A stretch of 64,000 bases of DNA, from positions 1,612,001 to 1,676,000 of the forward strand of contig JANHCV010000009.1 in NCBI GenBank assembly GCA_025594325.1, read 5' to 3'. The position numbers were made by a program, and so were the translations under genes. Under the pieces are notes generated by a model. It saw only the letters and a list, made by a program, of their open reading frames with translations, was not told the origin of the DNA and did no database searches. Below, piece after piece: positions 45,869-58,138 of this stretch (position 1 is the first letter of the stretch; every line of letters starts with the position of its first letter). The DNA comes from Blastocladiella emersonii ATCC 22665. Its lineage: Eukaryota; Fungi; Blastocladiomycota.

Positions 45869-47881
45869 GGTTGCGGTAGGTCTTGAACAGGTCGGCCGAC
45901 TCGATGGCGACGTGGTACTGTCGAGGACGGGGTCTGCGGCGAGCGGCGGCAGGATACCGGGTGTACGGCTACAGCGAGATGCGTAGCGGTGTGTGGCGAC
46001 GGGGGCAGCGAGGCGATGAATACTCGAGTTCATCGACGAGTGGGCAAGAGGAGAGAACAACGTCGGGCTTCTCGGCGCGGACCGCGGGGCGCCGTGCTGC
46101 GGGCACCCGCGATCCAGAGCAGATGGGCCAGCAGCTGCATCAAGTGCGGGAGGTGCGAGACGGGCGTCTCCCGCCGTAGATTAGACGGTGTCGGGCAGAG
46201 GCGAGTGTGGCTGGATGATCGAGCGCGGCAGCGTGGTCAAGGCCAAGTCGGCGGCCATGTCCCCCACTTCCCCGCCCTCCCGCATTGCACCCAGCTCTTG
46301 ATCATGTATTGATGACACTCGCATGCAATCGATCAGACCGGACGCCGCAAGTGTGCGCCGGGCAGATGCCGTGACCGGCGTCGAGTCACCGAAGCGCGCG
46401 CTGTCGCCGCGGCTGCCGGCCGACCATGGATCACGGAATACAGTCTTTTGATGGATGGCGCGACTCGGTGCAGCCTGACCGTGAGCTGGCCCACCTCATC
46501 ACCGGCGGCAGCGTGGGTTGGCCAGTGGAGGTGTGGTTCGGGCTCCCCGCGCGCGCGTGCGGTCTCGGTCGTCGCGTTGGTCGGCCCGCGTACGTCGGCC
46601 GGCCGCTTCTTCTCCGTCTCCTTCTCACCTCCCTGGCCACAACCGCTCATCAAGCGCACCGAACATGGCTGCCCGCAAGCGCTCTCATAATGACCGTCGC
46701 TGTGTGGTCGCGCCCCGAGACACCAGCACGGGACCAGGTTCGTGTTGAGCGTTCACGCCCGTGGATGATCCGCTGATCCCACGACTGACAGGGCCCTTCA
46801 TTGTGTGTGCCCTACTACACTACGAGCATGGACCGCGTCCGCCGTTGAGATCGGCCGCCACCCCAGCCTCGAGCGCGCCGCGGCGGCTTCCTGTCATCGG
46901 TGTCGTGCACTTCACACCCGACATCGTCGGTTGCTCCATGATTCACTTCCGTTGCCTCGACGACATTGCTCGCGCTCCCGGCCTCACGACCTTCGCGGTT
47001 GAGGAGCAGGTGCACGCGCGCGTGTTGCGACGCGTGGAACACGGCCGCGTGATCGCCCCGAGGGCCTTCGGCAGCGGCGGTCGCTCGTCCGGTTGCTCGC
47101 TCACCTCGACGCTTACACCACACTGTTTCACGGAGCAAGACTTGATGCAATGCTACGATAGCCATGAATCCAATGAAGACTTGGCGCCTCGTCCCGGTCT
47201 CCTTCCGGCGCCGACTCGGACCCCTTCCGAGCGAGCTCGAGCGCCGCCCCCAGCGAAGCTCCCTGCTGTCCCAGCGACTCGGCCTTCTTCTCATCGCAAA
47301 CGCTCTAAACTGCCTTACTTTGACTGCCGACCGCATCAGCACCCGCTCTTCAGACTCTTGCGACAAGTTTTCGGCTGTCTCGTGCGGTGGGAGCGGCGGG
47401 ACCGCCTCTGCTACTTTGGCTTCAAACAGCGCGAATCCTCTCGACCGCCGTTCTCTCATGGCACCGCGTGCTCGTTGCTGACGCTACGCCGAACGTGGCC
47501 GTCCGAGCCGGTGAACGTCCCGCGGCCTGCCCGGGCCCCTCGCCTTGATGACACCGGACAGCCCTGCAGCCGAAAGTACGCTCGTTTTTGTTGTATTAGA
47601 CACCTGTCCTCTCGGCTCAGTCCTTCCCTAGAACATTTCGCTCTGATTCTGCACATCATGACCGAACTGAACGCCAAACGCACGCGCGAACGAAGACCTG
47701 CCAACAAGGAGGTGCTCGGATTGGCCGCCGATCGTGTGCGCGATTGCTGCGGCCGCGGCGTGGGCGGATCGGACCTGTACCCTCGACCCGCGAAGGCACG
47801 GGGTTCCGGTTCCTCTGTTTCTTACCTTTGACTATCAGGTCTGCTTTACAAAACGCACTTGTGTATATAACATGGTTTTAC

Positions 47882-49277
47882 TCAGCACAGCAATGGATGA
47901 GCATCGAGAAGGCCATAGCTAGTCGTGTTGGCCGTGACGAAAGCCTTGAGGCAGTCGCCGTACTTGAGCAGGAAGATGCCGACGGCGCGGCCGACCTTGA
48001 ACAGCTTCTCAGGTGCCTGGTGCAGCGGGCGCGCGCGTAGCGACGAAATGTCCTTGCAAGTTGCGAGCCACGCGCGCTGCGAGCCCTCCAGCTACGCGGC
48101 GCCCATGGCCTCGTCGAGCGACTGGAAAAATAAACAGCTGCAGCGTCGCAAACGACTCGATGAACATGAACGACACTCGAGTACAGCGAATACCACCACA
48201 TCGCCCGTATAGTACAGGTCCCACATCACGCTGTCCTTCTCGCGCGACCGCTCGAGCCGGTACTCGGGCTTGTCGAGCGCCGACATGACGATCGAGAACA
48301 GGATCGCGAGGAACGTGGCGACCGAAAACCACTGCGACTCGACTATCTTCATGGTGCAGTCGCGGAACGGGGCCGCGGGGGGCGCCGCGTTCTCAAAGTA
48401 GCCGTGGCTCTCGTGGAACGCGGCCGACGACGCCGCGGGTCTCGACTCGGCCGCGGACCGCTGGTTGAGCCCCGACTCGGTCGACGCACGGCGGCTGTTG
48501 CAGAGCGACTTCCCGGCGGCGGCCGCATCCGCACCGTCGAGAGAGTCCTTTCGGAGCAGGAGCGGCGACGGCATGGCAATCTCGTTGATGCCCGAGGACG
48601 CGGACAGCTCGACCTGGCGGATCGCGTCGTTGGAGTTGATGTCGCACGCGAACGAGCTGAACTTGGGCGCGCGCTGGCTGAGGTACGAGTCGCTGGTGTA
48701 CTAGAGGTTGGGTGCCTGCGAGCTGTAGCTATGGCGGCGGCCCGAAGCCGTTTTTTAGTTCTCGGCCATGTGTTCTCGTTGATGGCGTACCCGCCGGGCG
48801 GCGCGTATTGCGAAACCGCGTCCAGGTCGCGCTGCTGGCAGACCCTCTGACTCAAGTCGATAGGCGTGCCATTGACGCAGCGCACGAACACCTCGAGGGC
48901 CTGCGCAATGACACCAGTCACCTGGCCAAACAGGCGACGCACCGCGGTCGCACGTAACGTCTCCTGGTGCTTGTGCGACATTCCATCGACCATGGCGACC
49001 TGGTGCCCGCGCTTCTCGTCTTCATCGATCTGCAGGAAGTCGACAAGGACGGCGACCTGGACCTGGGGGTTGAGCAGCACGAGGTTCTGGACCGTAAACG
49101 CGGTTACCATCCGGAATGCCGACAATAACGACCCGAAGGACGGCACGTCGCTTTGAGGGTCCATGCCGCGCCGCAAATAATTAGACCAGTCGTCGTCGGC
49201 GAGGAGTGCGGACTGCGAAAAACAGGCGGTTCCGACGTTGTCGAACATGGTCAGCGCCGGCCCGCTGATGCGTTCAA
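47882..49277 (-). pseudogene. CCH1: Cch1-like voltage-gated Ca2+ channel remnant (domain II pore to III-IV linker, internally deleted)
   Basis: FDNV..DDDWSNYL..GM (pore II); NLVLLN..VAVLVDFLQIDEDEKRGHQV (IIS6); FRDCTMKIVESQWF..AILFSIVMSALDKPEYR..D..FAVLE (IIIS1-S2); LQLFI/FQSLDEAMGAA*LEGSQRAW..K (IIIS6 and linker). Probable intron 48723-48790; TAG at 48701-48703 and 48092-48094. Confidence 0.7.
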
Positions 49278-49876
49278 AGCGAGCACCGGACGGCAATTCC
49301 CACGGAAAGATCAAAAAGCTTAGAAAAGGCCGCAAGTGTGAAATCGATGGGCTGGCTCGGTCTGGTCCGTTGCCATCGCTCCAAATAGGACGTGGAGAAA
49401 CGTCCGGTGCGCGTGTGAAGGCGCGGGTGGTCGAGTGACCAGGCACGGCGGCTCCGAACCCGTTCCAGCAAGAGTTCAGCGTCGAGCCGGTCAAGCTGGT
49501 CCCGGTTGGATGGGCAGCGCGCAAGCGACGCGAAGAACGAGCAGCGGTGGCCCCAAACAGTTCGCTCTCTGAGATCGTTCCCCATCAGCAAGTCCACAAG
49601 GTGCTTGTCAGCGTTCGGTGTGCTCTCAAGCGGGAAGCACAGCATGGACTTGCTAGAGGGTCGCAGCTGCTGCTAGAGCGGACTGATGCGGGGACGCGCC
49701 CAACAAGCGGGCATTATCCCATCGCGGGCCGCGGAATGACGGCGAGTTGAAGCGGCCAGCGCAGAGAGTTGCGAGCGCGGCTCGGCCAGCGCGAGAACCG
49801 GATCAACGACGTCGGACGGTAAACTCGCAAGAGTGAGCGGTAGAGGACCAGCCTCGCTTTGCATGGTGTCTTTCAT
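49274..49876 (-). pseudogene. Truncated copy of the F-box-like pseudogene, ending at the right inner boundary
   Basis: Mirror of 42,716-43,314. It ends at TGA 49274-49276, just past the junction with channel-like sequence. Confidence 0.5.
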
Positions 49877-50565
49877 GGCGGTTCGGTGAGGGTGGTTGGT
49901 GGAGGGGAGGATCGGCCGCGAAGAGTTTGGGCGAGGACGGTCAACGCGCGGAAGCGCCACGTCGCTGCCCGACGTTCTCGCTGCTCCCGCTCCTTGGCAA
50001 CTACTCTCAAGCGATGGAAACCAATGGACTCGAGACTTGACTTGCTGCACATCATCGATCCGTTGCTATTCTACGTCTACGTCGCGTCCCACGCGCACGG
50101 CCTGCCTGCTGGCGTCGTGGGCTGCGCGCAGTCCGCCTCAGTATGCCGCCGTACCGACATCCCGATCGACCGTGCGCAGCTGTGGCGGCGAGTTCCGAGG
50201 GCTGTGGGTCAGCGGCAGCGTGTTCTTCTTGATCGTCGACTTCGAGGCCTGCGGTCCTCAACCTCGCTGCTGCACGCACACCTTGTGCTGGTCCCAGTGT
50301 GCTGCTTTCCGATCCCGCCACCACACAACCCACTTCCGCTCCCTCCTGTTGCGACCGACCGAGATGAACATCGCGCTCGGACGATCAGCCTCCCCGTTTC
50401 AGGCCAAGTCAGGATTCTCGAAGCTTGGAGGGAAAGAGCAAGCACGATGAGCAGCTCTCAACTAGTGTGGGGTGTAGAAAACGGAACAGGGTATATACAG
50501 ACGGGGGCGGAGGTCGCCACGCACATCAAAATGAACAAATGAACACAAAAGAAGAAACCAACCAA

Positions 50566-51849
50566 CTAGAAAGCAAGGCGGCTCACCGCGAAGAGGTAGT
50601 AGAGCGCGACGGGCGCGTCGCGGGCAAAGCGCGTGTCGGTGCGCGAGTCGTGCACGTTGGTGCCCGTGAGGTGCAGTACCGACAGCGCCGCGAGGGACCG
50701 CGCCGCGGCGCCCGGGCCACCCGACTCGGACTTGGCGCCGAACTGCATGTCCGCGTCGTGCACGCGGCCCATGTACCGGACGTAAGCGCCAAAGTCGGCC
50801 GCGTGCTGCTTGGTGCGGAACGACACGCCGCCACTCTGCTGCGCCTGCTGCTGCTTGGGCTGCTGCTGCTGCTGCTTGAAGCGCAGCATCGGCTTGAGCT
50901 TGGCGTCGAGCGCCGCGATCGCCGACCGCAGGACCGGGTCGCGCGGCAGGCCCGAAAAGTTGTTCTGGGCCGCGTCGAGCTCGAAGCGGGACACGACGTA
51001 CTGATACACGTCCGAGTGCTCGCGGATCTCGGCGGCAATCTGGTGGATGGCCGCGGGCGAGAGCGCCTTCTCGGTGCGGAAGTCGGTGAGCTGCGGGCCG
51101 AGAAAGTCGACGAGGACGGCCGGCATGGTCCGCTCGATGCGGCGCAGCGTCTGGCACTCCCACTGGGGCATCTCCTCGTCCACGTCGTCATCGAAGCGTC
51201 TCGAGCCGAGCTGGTTCGTGTCGATGAGGCGGAACACCTCGGCGCTGCGCGTGCCGCAGACGCCCGGGCACGCGAGCGGGTCGCCGTTGCGCGCCATAAA
51301 GTCGAGGCCCGCGGCGACGCCGGTCAGTTGGGCAGCCTGCTGCTGCTGGCGGCAGCAGCGGCTGAACAGCTGGCCGAGTCGCGCGGCGGCGCCGGTACCG
51401 GCGGCGGGAACAGCGAGGGCGGCGCGGCGAACGGCACACGAGGCCGACTGCGCCGCGTGGCGGACCGCGGCAGCCGCCGCGTGCGCACGCGCGCCGGCCT
51501 TGGTGGTGGTGGTGGTGGTAATCTTGGGGCCCGACGACGACGACGCGCAGTGGATGCGCTGCGTGGAGCCGGTCGGGGTGGAGGCCACGACGCCCGAGTC
51601 GGCGAGGTTGCCGACCTGAGCGAGCGGAAGCGGCTGCTGCGACCCGGTCGAGGAGCAGGCCACGGCGGGATGGCCGGCCGAGACGGGGCGAGTAGGTGCA
51701 ACTGCGTCGGAGGCGGCAGCCGAGTCCTTGGAGGGAACATGGGCCGCCATCGGAGCAGTGCGACTCGACGACGAGAAAACGTTTGCGCGCGCGCGGGTAC
51801 CAGTCGGGAACGACGAAGAGACCATGGAGAGCTTGGCGAGGAGCGACAT
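50566..51849 (-). CDS. Orphan 427-aa protein, right-arm copy
   Basis: Translation identical to 40,743-42,026. Confidence 0.75.
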   Translation of the reverse strand: MSLLAKLSMVSSSFPTGTRARANVFSSSSRTAPMAAHVPSKDSAAASDAVAPTRPVSAGHPAVACSSTGSQQPLPLAQVGNLADSGVVASTPTGSTQRIHCASSSSGPKITTTTTTKAGARAHAAAAAVRHAAQSASCAVRRAALAVPAAGTGAAARLGQLFSRCCRQQQQAAQLTGVAAGLDFMARNGDPLACPGVCGTRSAEVFRLIDTNQLGSRRFDDDVDEEMPQWECQTLRRIERTMPAVLVDFLGPQLTDFRTEKALSPAAIHQIAAEIREHSDVYQYVVSRFELDAAQNNFSGLPRDPVLRSAIAALDAKLKPMLRFKQQQQQPKQQQAQQSGGVSFRTKQHAADFGAYVRYMGRVHDADMQFGAKSESGGPGAAARSLAALSVLHLTGTNVHDSRTDTRFARDAPVALYYLFAVSRLAF

Positions 51850-52553
51850 GGTGGCGGTGATGGTGGTACGGGGTGCGCGGGTGCGAACGTGTGTGTATCG
51901 TCGTGCGGGGCGGGCTTGTACGAGAGCGTACAGGGGGTACTCGGGGAAGCTTGCGTTGAAGGCGAAATTGAGAGTACCGGGGTAACCAAGGCGATGCCAG
52001 GTCGAGGGAGCGGGAGGAAGAGTGCCGAGGCGAGCTCGAGCATTTGTAGGGTTCGCTTTCGGTCAAGGCTCCGCTCAGCGGGCATGCATGCATGCACACT
52101 CTCGACTGGCTTGCCTCACATCCCACTCGCTGCTACGAGCGTGCAAATGAAGCAGTAAACCTACCTGTCCAACGTCGCTCGGTCCAAGGAAGTTTTGCTC
52201 AGGTTTTATTCGTTCGTGTGTGTTTCGCGGTTCACGCTTGCCGCTGTCGCACTGAGCTGTAGAGCCGCTTGATGACGACCGCGGCCGGATCAATCGACAC
52301 TTCTGTACTCCACTAGCTTGGTAAGATGGGAGCTAATGCGAGCTAGCAGCATGGTCCACTCAGTGCGAGACACTTTGATATGCGCGAGGTGAAGACGCGT
52401 AGTGGCTTGCGCCTCAGTCACGCGGCGGGTGCGAGACACTTTTCACTCCATCCATTCCACTTTGCGTTCGATCGCTCTGAGGAGCGCGGCGACTACTACG
52501 GCCACCGTGGTCAACAACAATCTATCCGGAATCCATTCAACCTCGCCAAAACG

Positions 52554-53112
52554 TCAGATCCAGAACCGGACGCGGCTGCCGCCCTCGGCCAGCTCGATGG
52601 TGTGTGCTCGGACACGGCGAGCTGTACCATCCATCCACCCGCTCGCCGCGCTTGAACCGGACGGGCTCGCGTACGCGAACGCCTTGACCTCCTTGAGCGA
52701 GTTGCCGCCCGCCACCGCGCCGACGAGGTGCATGAGCCCCAACGGCGGCGACCACACCTCGACCGCTGCCGCGGTGTCCCCCGAGCGCGGCGTTGACCAC
52801 GCTGCGCCCGTCGGGCGTGAACGCGACCGCCGACGACACGGGCATGCTGCGCGAGTGTGCGTCAATGACGTGCAGGCGCGTGGCCGTGCGCAGGTCCCAC
52901 ACCACGACGCGGCCGTCGGCCCCGCCCGTCACGAGCTGCTGCACTGCGGCCTGGAAGGCGACCACGGGGAACCGCCGCACCATCTCGAACAGCGTCTCCG
53001 CCGCCGTCGCCGGCTGCGGCAGCACGTCACGCTGCAACGCGTGCACCGGGCCGAGTTTCTGCCGCCACGGCCTCGGTTAGCCGCGCCGCCCTGCCCGACT
53101 CGCGCGCGGTTC
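52554..53112 (-). pseudogene. WDR7: WDR7-like C-terminal fragment, right-arm copy
   Basis: Mirror of 39,480-40,038. Confidence 0.7.
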
Positions 53113-53202
53113 ATCTCTTTGATGCCAGCGGCTGGCAGAAGCGCCCAGACTCCAACTGAGCTGTGCCGTTCGAGGAAGCTCGGCAGCAAGCGCCGGGGCT
53201 GC

Positions 53203-54825
53203 TTAGAACAGAAGCCGTCCGGCGAGCCCGAACGACTGCACAGTCACAGCTGTTCTGGCGCGGATTTCTATGGGCTTCGGTTCCGGCGTGCCGACTGAAG
53301 CGAAGCCGAAAGTACTTACGTCATGCAGAAACCCGCGAAGCGCATCCGGCATGGCTTCTAGGTCCAGCGCGAGTGCGTCGCAGAACAGCCCCTGTGCGGC
53401 GAGGGGGCATTTCGTGCAGATGTCAATGTCGGTCATGTTGAGCTTGAGCTGAGATTGGGCAGTCCGCGTCACCCGAGTTGATCATGATCTTCACGATTGT
53501 GTTTCGGAGCGACAAACGCTAAATCGCATTGAGCACACGGCTTCGGGTCGCGAGGCCTGTCATCGCGGCCATGATCAGGTAAGCAAAAGTCGGAGACGCT
53601 ATGTAGCGATGACCGTCGCCTTGGAACTGGTCGTAATGCGGGACAAGCAGCGCAAGTAGCTGTACGAGGTCGAGTATGAGATCTTCGACACGTAACGCGC
53701 GCATGACGCGCTTCGGATGCAGGCCGATGGAAGCCCGCACGAGGCCGGCCAAGTCGGGAGCGGGCTGGTCACCGGACTCAAGCGCAAAGTGAACAACACG
53801 CTGCGCCTGGTTAGACTCAGCACCTCAACCCGGACCGTCGAGTTGAGCTGCTTCCACTCCGCTGGCGAACGGCCACAGAGCTGTTTGATATACTCGACAT
53901 CAGCCCGCGTCACAACGGTGGCAAGCGCGAAGCCCCAAAGTTCGCGGTCCATGACGCCGCACGAGTCCCAGATCTCAAGGTCTGCGACCGGAACACACTC
54001 AGCGATCAGCTTCATCAAGTTCTTGCGAATGTCCTTGCCGACCACCGGATTGAGCAACGGTGGTTCCAAGGCGGTAGTCTGTACTGACCAGCAAGCCGCA
54101 CAATCAGCAGGCGGAAGAACAGCGGGCCCGACTCGACGGCAAAGTCAGCGTACCGTGCGCGGACAGGCGCCGCCACGCCATCAGGATCTGAGGGAGCGAG
54201 AGCAAGCACGTCCACTGTCCGCACATCAAGCTCGGAGCTTCCGGGCGCAGCGACGCGGAAATGGGCCGTGACCGTCTGCGGTGAGAACTCGGTGCCCAAA
54301 GTTTCGGCGACGCGCGCTTCGCTCGCCTGAAAGTCGCGGTCGCCAAGGAGGAGCGCGAGGGGCCGGGTATTTGCGAACGTACAATCGAGAAAGGCGAGGA
54401 ACTCGGGAAGTGTCACACTGAACCTTGGTACAAATCGTCGTGGTTGAAGCGCATGAATTGCATCCTCGACGACCAGGAGCCAATAAATAGTTTCAACATG
54501 CGAATGGCCAAGGAGATGAGGAGGGTGGAGAGCCATGGCGCGACCCATGAGGCGCATCAAGAGCTCGCCATAGTCAAGTGCCACGGCCTGACAAAGCAGT
54601 CGGGAGTGCGCGGCTCGAAGCGTTCCGTACTGATATAGCAACGTGACCGGCTAGACGTGTTCCGGCATTGGACGCGTCCTCAGGGGAGATGCGGCGAAGA
54701 AGCAGAGTTGAGAGGTGCACGGCAACAAGCTCGTGGGTCGGCTCGACGCTGTCCGCGGACCACGGGATCGAAAGGAGGTCAAACTTGTTGGGGACACCGG
54801 CCGCCGCGAGATATCGGCAGACCAA
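53203..54825 (-). pseudogene. Frameshifted lineage-specific gene, right-arm copy
   Basis: Mirror of 37,767-39,389. Confidence 0.45.
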
Positions 54826-57800
54826 GGCGCAGGTTCAGGAGGCATGCGTGTACCGCTCACGCGCACCTGCAGCGAGGAGCGCCGACGCGGCGGCGGTGAC
54901 GGTGGGCCGCGGCGTTGCGAACTGCAGGACGCGAGTGACGACGTTTGATGGGTAAAATTGCAAGAGTGGATTGCGGGTGATTCATTGCATGTTGTGCGGA
55001 AGCGTCCATGGCGATTGAGGCAGCGCATTAGCTGTTGTCCGGGAGCGCGAGACGCGGAGCGGCGCGTTCACAGAGGGGCTGGTCAAGTCCGGTCAGGTGA
55101 GCTCCGCTGAGTGGCGCAACGCGGTCGGTGCTTTCCGGTTGTCCCGCGCGCCTCCTCGGTGCTTCCTATCTTCGCTCCAAGGGGCTTCGGTGGCCCTCTT
55201 TCGAACGCGCTGATACGCTATAGAAGTCGATGGTCGCTTGCTGGCGGATCGTCGCTGGTCGGCGACGTTCTGGGCTCGGCTCAGCACGGCGGCACCCAGT
55301 GCGTTACACAACGCGTCGCTCAGGGAGGGCTGTGTGTGAGTCGCCGAGGATGCGATTGAGTTCGAGTTTGGAGAGAGGACACACGGGAAGCGAAAGACAG
55401 AGAGCATAATGCTAGCAACATATTCTCCCAGCGGAGCCAGTTGCCCCGCCCCGAGGGCCAGGGATCATAAAGTAGCGATACACTGCTCCGCGCGACCACG
55501 GAGGGTGGAACCAAAGCGCACGTACCCATGATACGTACCACAAGGCGCACCCACGCGCTCCGCGCGGATCCCTCTAGCGGGTACGTCACCCGGTCATCGA
55601 GGAGGACCGCGCGAGGCAGGGTACGCACCGAAACCGAGACCCGGCACGTTGATGCGAAGTGAAAAGAGGGAGGAGGTGCAATAATCCAAGTGAAAACGTG
55701 CGCGGCACGAAACCCCCACCACCGTCCGCTGAGATCCCGCCAGGGCAGCTTATTTCCTTCACTGCCAAGGCTGCTCCGGCTCGGCACCCCCGATGGACAA
55801 TGGACGAGCTATCGCGACCCGCCGGGAACGAAGAGCACACGGGAACAACAAGTGGTGGATTCGCTAGGCTCGCAGCAGGAGGACCACACCTTCTTTCGGT
55901 GTGGCCGCCGCGGAGACGACTCGAATGCCTGCGTATGTCCGCGCCCACGCCGCATCGGGCGACGAAGACCCTGCCCGGACGCGTCGTCTATCGGCGTCAG
56001 AGTGCGACAAGGGCTCCGCCCAGGTCGTGCCGAGAGACACGTAGGGGCAGCGCCGCAGCTGGAAGTGGTGTGCAGGCGGACCGAGGGGTCGGGTCTCGGT
56101 TCATGGGGTAATGACATTGCATGGAGTGTGCGGGGGTGAGAGAGTTGGTGGGTGGCGAACAAGCGGTCGGGAGGAGAGCGAGGAGGCGGACCGGTTCTAA
56201 ACGCGTCGGGCTGCCACACGTCGAGGACCTCGCGGCGACCGCGAACACACGAGCAACACGTCCGTCGGGTCCGTTCGGTGAACAAAATAAGAGGCCGCCT
56301 CCTGAAAGAGTCTTGGCGCGCTTGGTGCAACATTCGAGAAGGGAAACGGCAAGCGACGCGTCCGACGCGCGCGGAACAAGCGAGGTGGGCGACCATGGCG
56401 CGTCGCGGAAGTGGAGGTAGGACGACCGTGGCCGGAGTCGGTGCAGCGAGATATTTCGGCGAGGAAACGTGCCGAGGACACAAGAGGCGAGCCTGTACGT
56501 CGTACCTCCGTCGAGGTGGATGCGGGCCACGTCAGCTTGACACGGGGCGTGACGGCAGAAAACAACGGGGAATCCTCGATTGACGCCGCGTGCGATGCGG
56601 CAAGTGAGATACGGGTGCCGTTTTGGGGGTTGGCCGGGAGGCTTTCTGCGTCGTCAAGTGGCTGCATGTTGAGGATCTCGCGCAAGGGGCTCCGCGCGCG
56701 CAACTCGGCGAGCACCGCCGGTACCGAGCGCCATGAGGACGAGTAAGACGAGCAACGGTGCAGAAAGCGATCAAGGGAAGCGCTAGAGCGGGAGATAACG
56801 GAGAAGCGAAGAGGGTTCGGAGTGCCAGCGGGGGTGGTGGCACCGCGAAGGCGCGCGAGAGCGAGCCTGTCCAGAAGGACGGCCGGGAAGGTCGGTAAGA
56901 TACATTGCAGCGAGTGGGGCAGCCACGAGAAGCCGTGGTGGGGATAAAGAGGGCAGGTCTAGTGTGATGCGGGTCGGCAACGTCGCCGGCGAGCGAGGGC
57001 ACCAAGCGGAGCAGCCGTCCCACGTGAAGCTGCGACGCGACGCGTTTCGGCGCGCTTCCCGTGACGTTGCTCTTTGCCCTGCTTGGGACAAGGTGCATCG
57101 GGCGCGTCTCCGGATTGCCCCGTCAGGGGCCGTCGCTCTGCGGCACGAGTTCAAACGCGGCGACGGACCACACCGTGCGCTCGCAGCGGCCGCGAGGGAG
57201 GGACGGCTGCTCGCGCTCAAACAGTCGCCCCCGCGGATGGATGGGATCGTGAGAATGGACGATGAATCAGCCTCGTAGATGATAAGGCTGAGAAACTAGG
57301 ATGTAGAAGCCATGTGGATGGATGAAGGCCAGCTCGCGAGCGCGACGAGCGGGTTCTGCGCTCAAGGTTCACAGTGGCAGTCACATCCTCAACCTTGGTC
57401 GCCATCTGCTGCTTGCTCCAACGGCCCAGTAGTGCGGCATGAAGGCTCAAGGAAGAGTCTGGAGCGGGTGCCACCATCGCGGAGCACTCGCCACAGGGCA
57501 CCGCGGGACTCCTGCACCGGCCCAAGATGCGGTGCGGGTCGGCAGCGGCGCGTTGCAGGCACTGTCGGGTGCGATTACGAGTCGCTTTGGGTGCTGTAGA
57601 GAGAGGAGCAGCGACGTCCGATCGCGCCAGCAGCGGTTGAGGCGGCCATGGGAACGCGGGGGAGGCTCGGCGGCGACGTGCCGGTCGCGTGCGTGGCGGC
57701 GCCGGAGCCCTTCTCCACCTCCCCAGCTAGCCAGCGACTGTTGCTCGCCGCCGGGGCGCACCTTGCGTAGTCGCTCGTGCCATCGACTCGACCCAAGGGA

Positions 57801-58138
57801 CTCGGCCTACACGCGGTACGGCGCCGCGGGACACGGAGCGCGAGACACACGCGCTGCTCGCGTGATTCCGCGACGCGTCTCTCCTGTCTCGCACCGCGGC
57901 CACGTGCGGTTGTCTCCAATCGTCCGTCACGCGGTGCGCGACGCGTCGCCGGTGCATCGTTGCTCTTCGCGTGCGCGGCACTCGCATCCGTCCCCGTCCC
58001 CGGCCGGCCTCTCAAAAGCGCGCCCGCCCCCGCGAGCCGGTCGCTTCTCTCCCCATGCTATCCCCGCTCGGTAGCAGACTCCATACCTCATACCCGCCAC
58101 GCAGCCGAACGCCCACCGCGACCACGACTACCACCACC

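Noticed and set aside
46761-47831. 356-aa ORF as an intact gene
   Set aside because: GTG start, inconsistent codon bias and patchy composition; at most a short internal part looks coding.
1153-48703. Alternative genetic code with TAG/TAA read as Gln
   Set aside because: The long conserved genes (P5B ATPase, ABCC, DUF4246) contain no in-frame TAR. Intact genes end in TAA or TAG, and most of the stop-bearing genes also carry frameshifts.
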